Assembly (NCBI GenBank): GCA_964016885.1
Contig: OZ024764.1
Span: 5,580,001-5,644,000 of the forward strand
Origin: Eledone cirrhosa
Taxonomy: Eukaryota
Direction: 5' to 3'
Length of the DNA stretch: 64,000 nt
Made by a program: the position numbers and the translations under genes. Below are positions 41,560 through 53,784 of this stretch, in pieces (within the stretch, counting starts at the first letter, position 1; each line of letters opens with the position of its first letter). A model generated the notes under the pieces. It searched no databases. It saw nothing but the letters and a program-made list of their open reading frames with translations, and had not been told where the DNA came from.

Positions 41560-42831
41560 TTGGCATAACCGAAGTTGTCTATAGCTAGGTACCTTTCCTA
41601 TCACCAACACTTGGTATAACTGCAGTTGTCTATAGCTAGGTACCTTTCCTATCACCAACACTTGGCATAACTGAAGTTGTCTATAGCTAGGTACCTTTCC
41701 TATCACCAACACTTGGCATAAGTGAAGTTGTCTATAGCTAGGTACCTTTCCTATCACCAACACTTGGTATAACTGCAGTTGTCTATAGCTAGGTACCTTT
41801 CCTATCACCAACACTTGGCATAACTGAAGTTATCTATAGCTAGGTACCTTTCCTATCACCAACACTTGGCATAAGTGAAGTTGTCTATAGCTAGGTACCT
41901 TTCCTATCACCAACACTTGGCATAACTGAAGTTGTCTATAGCTAGGTACATTTCCTATCACCAACACTTGGTATAACTGAAGTTGTCTATAGCTAGGTAC
42001 CTTTCTTATCACCAACACTTGGCATAACTGAAGTTGTCTATAGCTAGGTACCTTTCCTATCACCAACACTTGGTATAACTGAAGTTGTCTATAGCTAGGT
42101 ACCTTTCCTATCACCAACACTTGGCATAACTGAAGTTGTCTATAGCTAGGTACCTTTCCTATCACCAACACTTGGCATAAGTGAAGTTGTCTATAGCTAG
42201 GTACCTTTCCTATCACCAACACTTGGTATAACTGAAATTGTCTATAGCTAGGTACCTTTCCTATCACCAACACTTGGCATAACTGAAGTTGTCTATAGCT
42301 AGGTACCTTTCCTATCACCAACACTTGGCATAAGTGAAGTTGTCTATAGCTAGGTACCTTTCCTATCACCAACACTTGGTATAACTGAAATTGTCTATAG
42401 CTAGGTACCTTTCCTATCACCAACACTTGGCATAACTGAAGTTGTCTATAGCTAGGTACCTTTCCTATCACCAACACTTGGCATAACTGAAGTTTTCTAT
42501 AGCTAGGTACCTTTCCTATCACCAACACTTGGCATAACTGAAGTTTTCTATAGCTAGGTACCTTTCCTATCACCAACACTTGGCATAACTGAAGTTGTCT
42601 ATAGCTAGGTACCTTTCCTATCACCAACACTTGGTATAACTGAAGTTGTCTATAGCTAGGTACCTTTCCTATCACCAACACTTGGCATAACTGAAGTTGT
42701 CTATAGCTAGGTACCTTTCCTATCACCAACACTTGGCATAACTGAAGTTGTCTATAGCTAGGTACCTTTCCTATCACCAACACTTGGTATAACTGAAGTT
42801 TTCTAAATCTAGGTGTCTTTCCTATCACCAA
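41560..42831 (+). repeat. 51-bp minisatellite (about 25 copies) inside a degenerate SINE-like copy
   Basis: Unit GTTGTCTATAGCTAGGTACCTTTCCTATCACCAACACTTGGCATAACTGAA. It gives the 17-aa repeat ORF on the minus strand. Confidence 0.95.
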
Positions 42832-44225
42832 TCACTTTATACAAGTGTACTGGGTGATCTTTTATCATGTGGATCACAAGCACTAAGGAAGCCCTCATGG
42901 AACTTTGTCACCTCTGTTGTGGGATTCAGCTTCTTAAAGTCAGTCAGCCCTCACTACCTAATCCTATGATTTCTTGGGTCTGCCTCTTCCATGAGTTCCA
43001 TCCACTGAGATTTCTCTGCACCTCTTTATACAGCTGTCATCCTACATGTACACCGCATGTCCATTCCATTATAGTCTTTTTTCTGGCTCAATACATCCAA
43101 TTCAGCTCATGCCAAGTTTTGCTCACAACTCACTTATGCTGTGTCGTTCATGCACACTAATATTACACATCTGAGCAGGCATACTTCATTTTTTTCTAGT
43201 CTTCTCAGGTCTTCTGCAGTTAAGGCCATATCACACTGCCATTTTATTCATAATCTGACATAATACATATTTCTATGGTCTTAATAATTACATAATGCTG
43301 CCATCACACAACCATTAACACAACTTCATCAAACAACATCTTACATAATATGATTGTTATGTAACATTTCTAATACAATACAGTCTATTGGCAAGGGGAT
43401 GGACAAATTCAGTCTAGGACCTATAACAGTCCGTCCCCTTATACATCATGATAATCATTTAATGTCTACTTTCCCAGCTAACAAGGGTGGGATGGGTCTT
43501 CACAGACTGAGTCTGTACTAAAGCATGGCTACTGAACTCCCAGAGAAGCCAGAGGTTCACATTTCCCTTACATACAGTTCCATCTTCTATCAAGTCCATT
43601 TTATCATGGTACCAGCACAAGAGAGGCTGCCATGTCTTTGACACAACTGAAAGATCCTCCATTCCTTTGTTTGACAAGCTTACTACAGCTGGATGCCCTC
43701 CCTATCACCAACTACTTTACAACATGTACTGGGTCTGTTTATCATGTAGATCACCAACACTAAGAAGGCTGTCGTGTTCTTGACACAACTAAATCCCTTT
43801 GTTTGGCAAGCTTTCTAAGGCCAGATACCCTTCTTATAACCAACCACTTCATAGCATGTACTGGTGGTGATTATCGTATGGCATCGCTAGCAGGGCCACT
43901 TCTGTATTAATGTTTTGTCTCAATTCCTTGTTCATATTTTACTGTAACCCAATAGGGATGACTTATCTAAATCTTTCATATTCAATACATCTGATGACAA
44001 ATGTTGTGTCATGGTCTGATGATGTAAGCCAGCCACAGAAATATGTATTATGTTATTGTGAAACAATTAAAGAGGTGATTGGAATACGACTTTCTTGTAT
44101 TTTCATTGAAGTTTGTATGTGTGTGTGTGTATATATATTGTTATACTTTGGGAGGGGTCATGCTGCCAATAAACGAAATATATATATATATATATCATCA
44201 TCATCCTTTTACATCCACTTTTCCT

Positions 44226-44517
44226 TAATAAACAAAAGATAGTTACTTTAGATCATCTCTATTTTATTATATATATTTCAAAGATGCAAGGCTGATATAT
44301 AACATAATCCAAAACATGTTCTCGTCGGACAAAATGCATAGAAGATGCAGGATCTGTCCAACTCGTTTGACCGCCAGTATATCACAAGAAACCTACATCT
44401 TCTATGTATTTTGTCTGACGAGAACATATTTTGGATTATGTTATATATCAGCCTGGCATCTGCGAAATATGTATAATAAAATAGAGATGATCTTAATGAA
44501 CTATCTTTCATTTATTA
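44226..44517. repeat. Fold-back inverted repeat, ~126-bp arms, 40-nt spacer
   Basis: 44226-44351 is the reverse complement of 44392-44517, with scattered mismatches. Confidence 0.93.
44407..44483 (+). ncRNA. Type I hammerhead ribozyme-like motif, probably from a Penelope-like element terminal repeat
   Basis: TATTTTGT-CTGACGA-G...C-GAAA-TATGTA-T-A-ATAAAATA: 8-bp stem I (one G.U), CUGANGA and GAAA core, G-C closing pair. The stem II domain is atypically long and branched. Confidence 0.6.
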
Positions 44518-44663
44518 TTATTATAATACTCTGGATAAATATATACTGTTGAGTGCTTGACATCCGTTATATAAAAGTCAGCTGATTGTATAACAACTAA
44601 CTATTTATATTTATATATATATCATAATCATTGAAAAGAATAGATATTAAATGATGACGATGA

Positions 44664-44665
<2 letters not shown>

Positions 44666-44730
<65 letters not shown>
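44666..44730. repeat. (TA)n microsatellite
   Basis: Direct reading. It ends about 35 nt upstream of the exon D acceptor. Confidence 0.97.
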
Positions 44731-44732
<2 letters not shown>

Positions 44733-44764
44733 AATCTTATCTGGAGACTTTTTGAAATTTGCAG

Positions 44765-44830
44765 ACTAACTTGGAAAAGGTGACACAAGAAAATATCGCT
44801 GATCTAGGGGCAATAAAGATAGCTTATAAG
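44765..44830 (+). CDS. M13 peptidase-like gene, exon D (66 nt): TNLEKVTQENIADLGAIKIAYK
   Basis: tttgcag|ACT...AAG|gtttgt. Contains the diagnostic M13 ENIAD motif (third zinc ligand). Confidence 0.95.
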
Positions 44831-44963
44831 GTTTGTTGAAATATCATTTATGGGATGTTTTCTTGTATAATAATTTCTAACTTAGTCATAAGGCCGACAA
44901 TTTGTGGGCACAGAAAGTTGATTGTATCGACCCCAGTATTAAAAAGAATATGTGTGAATGTAT

Positions 44964-45066
44964 GTGGCTTAGTGGTTAGAGTGTTTGGCTCAAGGTCGTG
45001 AATTTGTGACTTCAACCTCTGACATTTTGTCGTGTCCTTGAACAAGACACTTTATTTTTATTTCAC
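44964..45066 (+). mobile_element. tRNA-headed SINE with CORE-like segment (fragment)
   Basis: A-box-like GTGGCTTAGTGGTTAG, then GTGTCCTTGAACAAGACACTTTA resembling the CORE-SINE conserved block. Confidence 0.5.
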
Positions 45067-45424
45067 CATGCCACAGTCAACACAGAAAAAATTGAGTGAT
45101 AACAGAAATTCAAGGGGCCAGCCTGTCATACCTTTCTGAATCTCCCTGGGAATTACATTATGGGTACATGTGTCTGTGGAATGCTCAGCTACTTATACCA
45201 TTGCACAATATGAAGTATAGCTGTAATTCAAGGGTCATGGCTGTCATACAATGTCTTGTTGAATCTCCCTGGGAACTACATCAAGGGTAAACGTGTGTGG
45301 AATACTCAGCCACTTACATTTCAAGGCACGTGGCTTTGTGGTTAGGGTATTCAGCTCAAGGTTGTGAGTTTGTCTTTAGTCTGTTTGAGGAGGGGTACCA
45401 CTTAAATTTCTATTGCCTTTAGTG

Positions 45425-45881
45425 CAGTGATTCCCAACAAGGGGCTCATGCCTCACAGTAGGTCACTTTTACTATACACCAAGCAGCTTTAGTACACATT
45501 GTCAAAATTCCTATCTCCCTTCCTTCACGTGTTATTGTGCATCTAGCACCACCTTTACACTTCATCATTGCTGTTTTCATATCAAAGGAGAGCATTTTCA
45601 TACCAAAGGAGAGTATTTTCATACCAAAGGAGAGCATTTTCATACCAAAGGAGAGTATTTTCTTATCAAAGGAGAGCATTTTCATACCAAAGGAGAGTAT
45701 TTTCTTATCAAAGGAGAGCATTTTCATACCAAAGGAGAGTATTTTCATATCAAAGGAGAGCATTTTCATACCAAAGGACAGCATTTTCATACCAAAGGAG
45801 AGCATTTTCATATCAAAGGGGGCATAACAATTTTGAAGGTGTTGAGGTGGGGCATGGTGCACAAAATGTTGGGAACCACTG
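45425..45881. mobile_element. Non-autonomous hAT (Charlie-like) MITE, 457 bp
   Basis: TIRs CAGTGATTCCCAAC / GTTGGGAACCACTG (13 of 14 match). Perfect 8-bp TSD CTTTAGTG at 45417-45424 and 45882-45889. Confidence 0.92.
45574..45818 (+). repeat. 21-bp minisatellite (about 11.5 copies) inside the MITE
   Basis: Unit TTTTCATACCAAAGGAGAG(C/T)A. Confidence 0.95.
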
Positions 45882-46263
45882 CTTTAGTGTTTTTAATAAT
45901 TTGTACCTTCTATATGTCATGGTTTCCCTGGGTTGAATAGCATTTGAGATGTTCATATGATTTGAAAAGTTTAAAGAGCTTTAATAATGTATTGAATCCT
46001 TTAACATTTAAACCGGCTGTATCCGGCCAGAATTCTCTCACCTCTTTCTGTTCAAACCAGCTGTAACTGGCCAGTCATACTGATGTTAATGTATTGTTCT
46101 CAAAATAAATAATATCAAAATCTCATAGATTCGATATTATGTGAGGTAAAGCCTATAGCACAAAAATACAATAGTATATATAGAGTAATGTAAATGTGAA
46201 AGGGTTATTTGATCCAATGAAGATAATGTTGACTAAAATATTCCACTTGCTATGTTACACCAG

Positions 46264-46362
46264 GCTTATTTGGCATGGAAGGCAAAAGAGAAACGCATGG
46301 AAGAACACCAATTTAAAGAGCAAATGACAGACTTACAATTACTATTTTTCACATATGCACAG
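46264..46362 (+). CDS. M13 peptidase-like gene, exon E (99 nt): AYLAWKAKEKRMEEHQFKEQMTDLQLLFFTYAQ
   Basis: caccag|GCT...CAG|gtaagt. Matches AY..W....QLFFLNFAQ. Confidence 0.93.
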
Positions 46363-46849
46363 GTAAGTGTGGAATTATGCTGACATATTTAGTGCCACGT
46401 ATAAGAATATAGTACCAGGATTAAGGATAAAATACTACATATAAAGTTATATTACCATGTATAAGGATACTTGGCATTGCCATTAGAGCGGCAGATAGAA
46501 TGCATTGTAGTATTCATTCCAGCTCTCTGAGTTCAAACCCCATTGGGGTGAATTTTGTTTTTCATCCATTTGAAGTTGATAAAAAAATACTAGTCCAGTA
46601 TTAGGGTCAGTTCTTCTTCTATATCTCTTTCTCATTTCTTCTCTCTAACTATCTATCATTTTCTGGAAGAAATCTACTGTTTTTAGACCTGGAGAGGGAT
46701 TAGCTCTGCCAGGTTCAAAATGCCCAAGAAATGCTGTATGTCACGATGGCCCTCTTACGACTCCATCAGGAGTTACGGTACCATACCATAAGAATATAAA
46801 GATATAGTACCATGAATAAGTATTTTGTACTTATACTATAGACATCCAA

Positions 46850-47963
46850 TATAGTAAGTGTACCACAGTGGTGATGTCTAGATAACATTGTAGTAAGTGT
46901 ACCACAGTGGTGATAAATATGTCTATATAACAGTGTAGTAAGTGTACCACAGGGGTGATAGACATGTCTATATAACAGTGTAGTAAGTGTACCACAGTGG
47001 TGATAGACATGTCTATATAACAGTGTAGTAAGTGTACCACAGTGGTGATAGATATGTCTATATAACAGTGTAGTAAGTGTACCACAGTGGTGATAGACAT
47101 GTCTATATAACAGTGTAGTAAGTGTACCACAGTGGTGATAGATATGTCTATATAACAGTGTAGTAAGCGTACCACAGTGGTGATAGACATGTCTATATAA
47201 CAGTGTAGTAAGTGTACCACAGTGGTGATAGACATGTCTAGATAACAGTGTAGTAAGTGTACCACAGTGGTGATAGACATGTCTATATAACAGTGTAGTA
47301 AGTGTACCACAGTGGTGATAGATATGTCTATATAACAGTGTAGTAAGCGTACCACAGTGGTGATAGATATGTCTATATAACAGTGTAGTAAGTGTACCAC
47401 AGTGGTGATAGACATGTCTATATAACAGTGTAGTAAGTGTACCACAGTGGTGATAGATATGTCTATATAACAGTGTAGTAAGTGTACCACAGTGGTGATA
47501 GACATGTCTATATAACAGTGTAGTAAGTGTACCACAGTGGTGATAGATATGTCTATATAACAGTGTAGTAAGCGTACCACAGTGGTGATAGACATGTCTA
47601 TATAACAGTGTAGTAAGTGTACCACAGTGGTGATAGACATGTCTAGATAACAGTGTAGTAAGTGTACCACAGTGGTGATAGACATGTCTAGATAACAGTG
47701 TAGTAAGTGTACCACAGTGGTGATAGACATGTCTAGATAACAGTGTAGTAAGTGTACCACAGTGGTGATAGTTATGTCTAGATAACAGTGTAGTAAGTGT
47801 ACCACAGTGGTGATAGACATGTCTAGATAACAGTGTAGTAAGTGTACCACAGTGGTGATAGTTATGTCTAGATAACAGTGTAGTAAGTGTACCACAGTGG
47901 TGATAGACATGTCTAGATAACAGTGTAGTAAGTGTACCACAGTGGTGATAGTTATGTCTAGAT
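46850..47963 (+). repeat. 45-bp minisatellite (about 25 copies)
   Basis: Unit GTGTAGTAAGTGTACCACAGTGGTGATAGACATGTCTATATAACA. Confidence 0.97.
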
Positions 47964-48727
47964 TATACTTCACTGATACGGTACTTTTTAACATCAAAGA
48001 TAGAGGAAGTCTCTATTTATTGACAACTACAGATAGTGAAAGAATGAACCCCAATACATGACTGCTACTTTATTATAATCTATATATTGTGATTGCTAAG
48101 TGGTTTGAGAATGTTAGAGAAAGAATCAGCCCCAATATATGACTGCTACTTCATTCATCAAAATAAATCAAAAGGATGAATGTGGGATTTGAACTCAGAA
48201 TGCAGAAAACCAAAATAAATACCTCAAAGCATTGTAACTTATGTTCTCAGGATTCTGTTAATTCACTGCCTAGAGATATATATAAGACGATATGACCTAT
48301 ATTTGTATTTGAAAACCGTTAGCAGATTATCATAATCTACCTGGAATGACTCCCTAATCTCTGATCTATGAACCCTATTGGGAGGAAGCCCATCTCAGCT
48401 ATTTGTATTTACAATCATACTTGTGACTTAGGTAAAGGGTAGGCAGAATCACTGTATTGAAGATAGAAAATTTGGCTCATACACCTACCTCCCTTCTTCT
48501 GATGAAAGAGTGGTGTAGCTGGCACATTATTACACCAGCCCCTGCAGGTTTTTCATTTAATTCAGCCTCCTGCTTTCCATCACCTGTGAAAATGATCCAA
48601 AAATACTTTACTATAATAATAGGGGAAAATATTGACTGGAACTTGGAAGTAATTACAACTCCTAACATTCAGACATTCAGTTTACTGTATTGTTTCATAA
48701 GAGTCTTGTTTCCTTTGCTTTTGGCAG

Positions 48728-48789
48728 ACATGGTGTTCAGCTGAGAATCCTAATGACGAATTTGATACTTACTCTCCAAATAAATTAAG
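48728..48789 (+). CDS. M13 peptidase-like gene, exon F (62 nt): TWCSAENPNDEFDTYSPNKL(R)
   Basis: tttggcag|ACA...AG|gtaatt. Matches VWC...TDVHSPGNFR with His replaced by Tyr. Confidence 0.9.
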
Positions 48790-49123
48790 GTAATTGAAAA
48801 AGTTTTGGTTTTAAAATTTTGTAATCTTCTTTATCTTTACAAATCCCAAAATGCAACCAATCATCATCATCATCATTTGTAGTTTTAGTAATTGTTTCAT
48901 TTTCCAGTAGTTCATTTGAAAATCCAGTTCTGGTTACTGGTAATCTCAAGCTTCCAGGTTCACATGTAAGTCATGGAACCCTCACTGTAAAGATACAGAG
49001 ATAGATACAGGCACTAGAAATGAGATGATACTACCACAATATCTTAGGTATCTCATATAATGGCCATATCAGTCCTATGTAATCTCCAAATTATTCTCTC
49101 TATAAAATTGTACTCTTAATCCT

Positions 49124-49360
49124 ATGTACTCTACAATTTATACTCTCTATAAATTATACTTACAGTTACATGTACACTATAAACTGTACTTTCAGCCCCA
49201 TGTACTCTATAAATTGTACTTATAGTCCTATGTACTCTATAAACTGTACTTTCAGTCATATGTACTCTATAAACTGTACTTTCAGTCATATGTACTCTAT
49301 AAACTGTACTTAGAGCCATATGTACTCTATGAACTGTATTTTCAGTTCTATGTACTCTCA
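49124..49360 (+). repeat. Degenerate 30-bp minisatellite (about 8 copies)
   Basis: Unit TATGTACTCTATAAACTGTACTTTCAGTCA, just upstream of the last acceptor. Confidence 0.88.
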
Positions 49361-49412
49361 AAATTATTCTCTCTATAAATTCTATCAAGTCCCTTTCTTC
49401 TCTTTTTTTCAG

Positions 49413-49521
49413 GGTTCAAGTGCCACTGCAGAACAGTAAAGAATTTGCTGAGGCATTCAAATGTAAAAGAGGAACCAAGATGAATCCAGAATCGAAATTG
49501 TTATTTTGGGGGAAAGAGTAA
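49413..49521 (+). CDS. M13 peptidase-like gene, terminal coding exon G: RVQVPLQNSKEFAEAFKCKRGTKMNPESKLLFWGKE*
   Basis: Long pyrimidine tract + cag|G. Matches neprilysin [33 protein letters not shown]. TAA at 49519-49521. Confidence 0.95.
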
Positions 49522-49950
49522 CAGATATATTTAACATATCATCATCATCATCATCATCATCATCATTATAGTGCTGTCCACCTATCATGTCATGTTACCC
49601 TCAACAAGATCATTAAGGATGGTCTGGAGGGAGTAGGTCTCTTCACAGTTCAAGGATAGGTCCCTCGTCTGGGAATCCACATTGTAACACCTTCTCTTGT
49701 GGCAACCTGGTGTGTATGACTAGCATCCCAGGTTTCACTAACAACCAGACCAAAGAGGGCAAACTGTCCAAGTCTCAGCTGCTCTTTGATGGGTTTGTGG
49801 TTGAGTCTGTGGCAGTGGAGACCCCTTGACCACATCCCTGTCAACACTGCATCCTATATGACAAGTGGAGAGATACTGTGCTGAATAGGACCCATCCCAC
49901 CCTTGCAAGCAGGGAAAAGCGGACGTAAAATGATGATGATGATGATGATG

Positions 49951-50666
49951 ATGTATGTATATATATATATATATATATATATTTATGTATGTATGTATGC
50001 GTGTATATATATATATGTATGTATATATATATATGTATGTATATATATATATGTATGTTTGTATATATATATATATATGTATGTATATATATATGTATAT
50101 ATATGTATATATATATATGTATATGTATATAAATATATATATGTATGTATATATGTATGTATATGTATGTATATATATATGTATATGTATGTATATAGAT
50201 ATATATATATATGTATGTATATATATATATATATATGTATATGTATGTATATATGTATGTATATGTATGTATATATATATGTATGTATATATATATATAT
50301 ATATGTATATGTATGTATATATATATGTATATATATGTATATGTATGTATATATGTATGTATATGTATGTATATATGTATGTATATGTATGTATATATAT
50401 ATGTATATGTATGTATATATATATATATATATGTATATGTATGTATATATATATATATATATGTATATGTATGTATATATATATATATATATGTATATGT
50501 ATGTATATATATATGTATATGTATGTATATATATATGTATATGTATGTATATATATATGTATATGTATGTATATATATATATATATATGTATATGTATGT
50601 ATATATGTATGTATATGTATGTATATATATATGTATATGTATGTATATATATATAGTATATGTATG

Positions 50667-50719
<53 letters not shown>

Positions 50720-50784
50720 ATATATATGTATGTATGTATATATATATGTATGTATGTATATATATATGTATGTATGTATATATG

Positions 50785-50816
<32 letters not shown>

Positions 50817-51039
50817 TGTATGTATGTATATATATATGTATGTATGTATATATATATGTATGTATGTATATATATATGTATGTATGTATATATATATGTA
50901 TGTATATATATATATATATGTATGTATGTATATATATATATATATGTAATGTATATATATATATGTATGTATATATATATATGTATGTATATATATATAT
51001 GTATGTATGTATATGTATAGTATAGTATGTATATGTATG

Positions 51040-51071
<32 letters not shown>

Positions 51072-51473
51072 TGTTATATATATGTATGTATATATATATG
51101 TATATATATGTATGTATATATATATGTATTTATGTATATATATTGTATGTATATATATATGTATATATATGTATTATGTATATGTATATATATATATATA
51201 TATATGTATTAATATATATATGTATGTATATATATATGTATATGTATGTATATATATATATTGTATGTATGTATATGTATTATATATATATATGTGTATG
51301 TATGTATATATATATATATATGTATGTATATATATGTATATGTATGTATATATATATATGTGTATGTATGTATATATATATATATATGTATGTATATATA
51401 TGTATATGTATGTATATATATATATGATGTATGTATATATATATATGTATGTATATATGTATGTGTATGTATG

Positions 51474-51507
<34 letters not shown>

Positions 51508-51543
51508 GTATATATTATGTATGTATATATATATATATGTATG

Positions 51544-51576
<33 letters not shown>

Positions 51577-51858
51577 GTATATATATTATTATTATATATG
51601 TATATATATATGTATGTATATATATATATGTATGTATATATATATATGTATGTATGTATATATATATTATGTATGTATATATATGTAATATGTATGTATA
51701 TATATATATATGTAGTATATATATAGTATGTATGTATATATATATGTATGTATATATATATGTATATATATAGTATATGTATATATATATGTATATATAT
51801 ATGTATGTATATATATATGTATATGTATGTATATATATATATATGTATGTATATGTAT

Positions 51859-51890
<32 letters not shown>

Positions 51891-52619
51891 GTATATATAT
51901 ATGTATTTATATGTATGTATATATATGTATATGTATATGTATTATATATATATGTATATATATATAGTATATGTATGTATATATATATGTATATATAGTA
52001 TATTATATGTATGTATATATATATGTATATATATATATGTATATATATATGTATATATATGTATATATATATGTATATGTATATATAGTATATATATGTA
52101 TATATATATGTATATGTATATATGTATATATATATGTATATATATAAGTATTTTATGTATATATATGTTATATATATGTATATATATATGTATATATATA
52201 TGTATATATATGTATATATATGTATATATATATGTATTTATTATATATATATATATGTATATATATATGTATATATGTATGTATGTGTATATATATGTAT
52301 ATATATGTATATGTGTATGTATATATATGTATATGTATATGTATATATATGTATATATATATGTATATATATGTATATATATATGTATATATATATGTAT
52401 ATATATGTATATATCTATGTATATATATGTATATATATGTATATATATGTATATATATGTATGTATATGTATATATATGTGTATATATATGTATATATAT
52501 GTGTATATATATGTGTATATATATGTATATGTATATGTATATATATGTGTATATATATATGTATATATATATGTATATATATATGTATATATATATGTAT
52601 ATATGTATATATATGTATA

Positions 52620-52662
<43 letters not shown>

Positions 52663-52755
52663 GTATATATATATGTATATATATATGTATATATATGTAT
52701 ATATATGTATATATATGTATATGTATATATATATGTATATATATGTATATGTATG

Positions 52756-52806
<51 letters not shown>

Positions 52807-52974
52807 GTATATATATATGTATATATATATGTATATATATATGTATATATATATGTATATATATATGTATATATATATATGTATATATATATATGTATAT
52901 ATATATATGTATATATATATATGTATATATATATATGTATATATGTGTATATATGTATATATGTATATATATGT
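49951..52974. repeat. ~3-kb compound (TA)n/(TATG)n microsatellite
   Basis: Direct reading. It follows a SINE-type tail (GGACGTAAAATGATGATG) at about 49885-49952. Confidence 0.98.
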
Positions 52975-53250
52975 CAGGTCACCAGTTGGTGCTACTGGTA
53001 ACATGTATCCCAGTACAACCTGTCCCATGGTCGGGTCGTTGGCGACTAAACTGGCAACCCCACCAAGGTTTCTTGGTGAGGAGGGTGACTTTGGACATCC
53101 TGCAGGACTAAAAACAAAACCTGTCAAAGGGCAAAGGAGCTCTTAAGAGTCAATGGCCATCCAAAATCACCGGGAGAGATGACCCCTTAGCCTTTGTCAA
53201 GGCAGAATTCTAGGAGAAGGAAAACTCTGATATAACACCTGCAACCCTGA
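52975..53250 (+). mobile_element. Possible RTE-type 5' UTR fragment
   Basis: Contains CTAGGAGAAGGAAAACTCTGA, a motif I associate with RTE 5' regions. Recognition only, with no ORF support. Confidence 0.3.
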
Positions 53251-53634
53251 TGGTATCCAATGATGTTGACTTGTTCTTCTTTTTGGTAAATATCATCTTG
53301 GTTAAGAGAGTGGGACTGGCTTTGTGCAGTGCCTTTGCTCACTATAAAAGCTTCACGGCACAGGCATTGCTTTATATCTGGAGATCTCTCTGCACTTGTC
53401 GTCACATGGTACCATGGGCCCAGCACTATGTGTCAGTAATTGTCACAAGTGTAGTGTTTGTACCAGAGTTTTCAAGTCACTGGCTGGACTAAAAAGTCAC
53501 ACTCGTTCAGCGCATCGGTAGGGGTTCTCCTACATGGATATAAAGTAGTGGCCGTACTCGAAAACGAGTTGGCAGCCACCATATATATATATATATGCAT
53601 GTATGTATGAATGTATATATATATATATATATAG

Positions 53635-53759
53635 ATCAGTTCCTGTATGAACAAGGCATGGTCAGCCGACCAGACACTGCACACAACAGGACAACCCGTC
53701 TAACCCATGCTAGCGTGGAAGAACGGACGTAAAACGGTGATGATGATGATGATGATGAT
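53635..53759 (+). mobile_element. Extremely 5'-truncated copy of the same RTE LINE (3' end only)
   Basis: Near-identical to 40691-40821, with a handful of substitutions. Ends in (GAT)n and is embedded in TA-rich repeat. Confidence 0.9.
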
Positions 53760-53784
53760 ATATGTATGTGTACATGTATATATA

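Noticed and set aside
38157-47997. Long periodic ORFs (221, 201, 333, 138, 388 aa)
   Set aside because: They are by-products of stop-free minisatellite units with lengths divisible by 3, inside introns, with no domain signal.
49903-53146. Many Tyr/Ile/Met/Val/Cys ORFs
   Set aside because: Translations of the TA/TG microsatellite.
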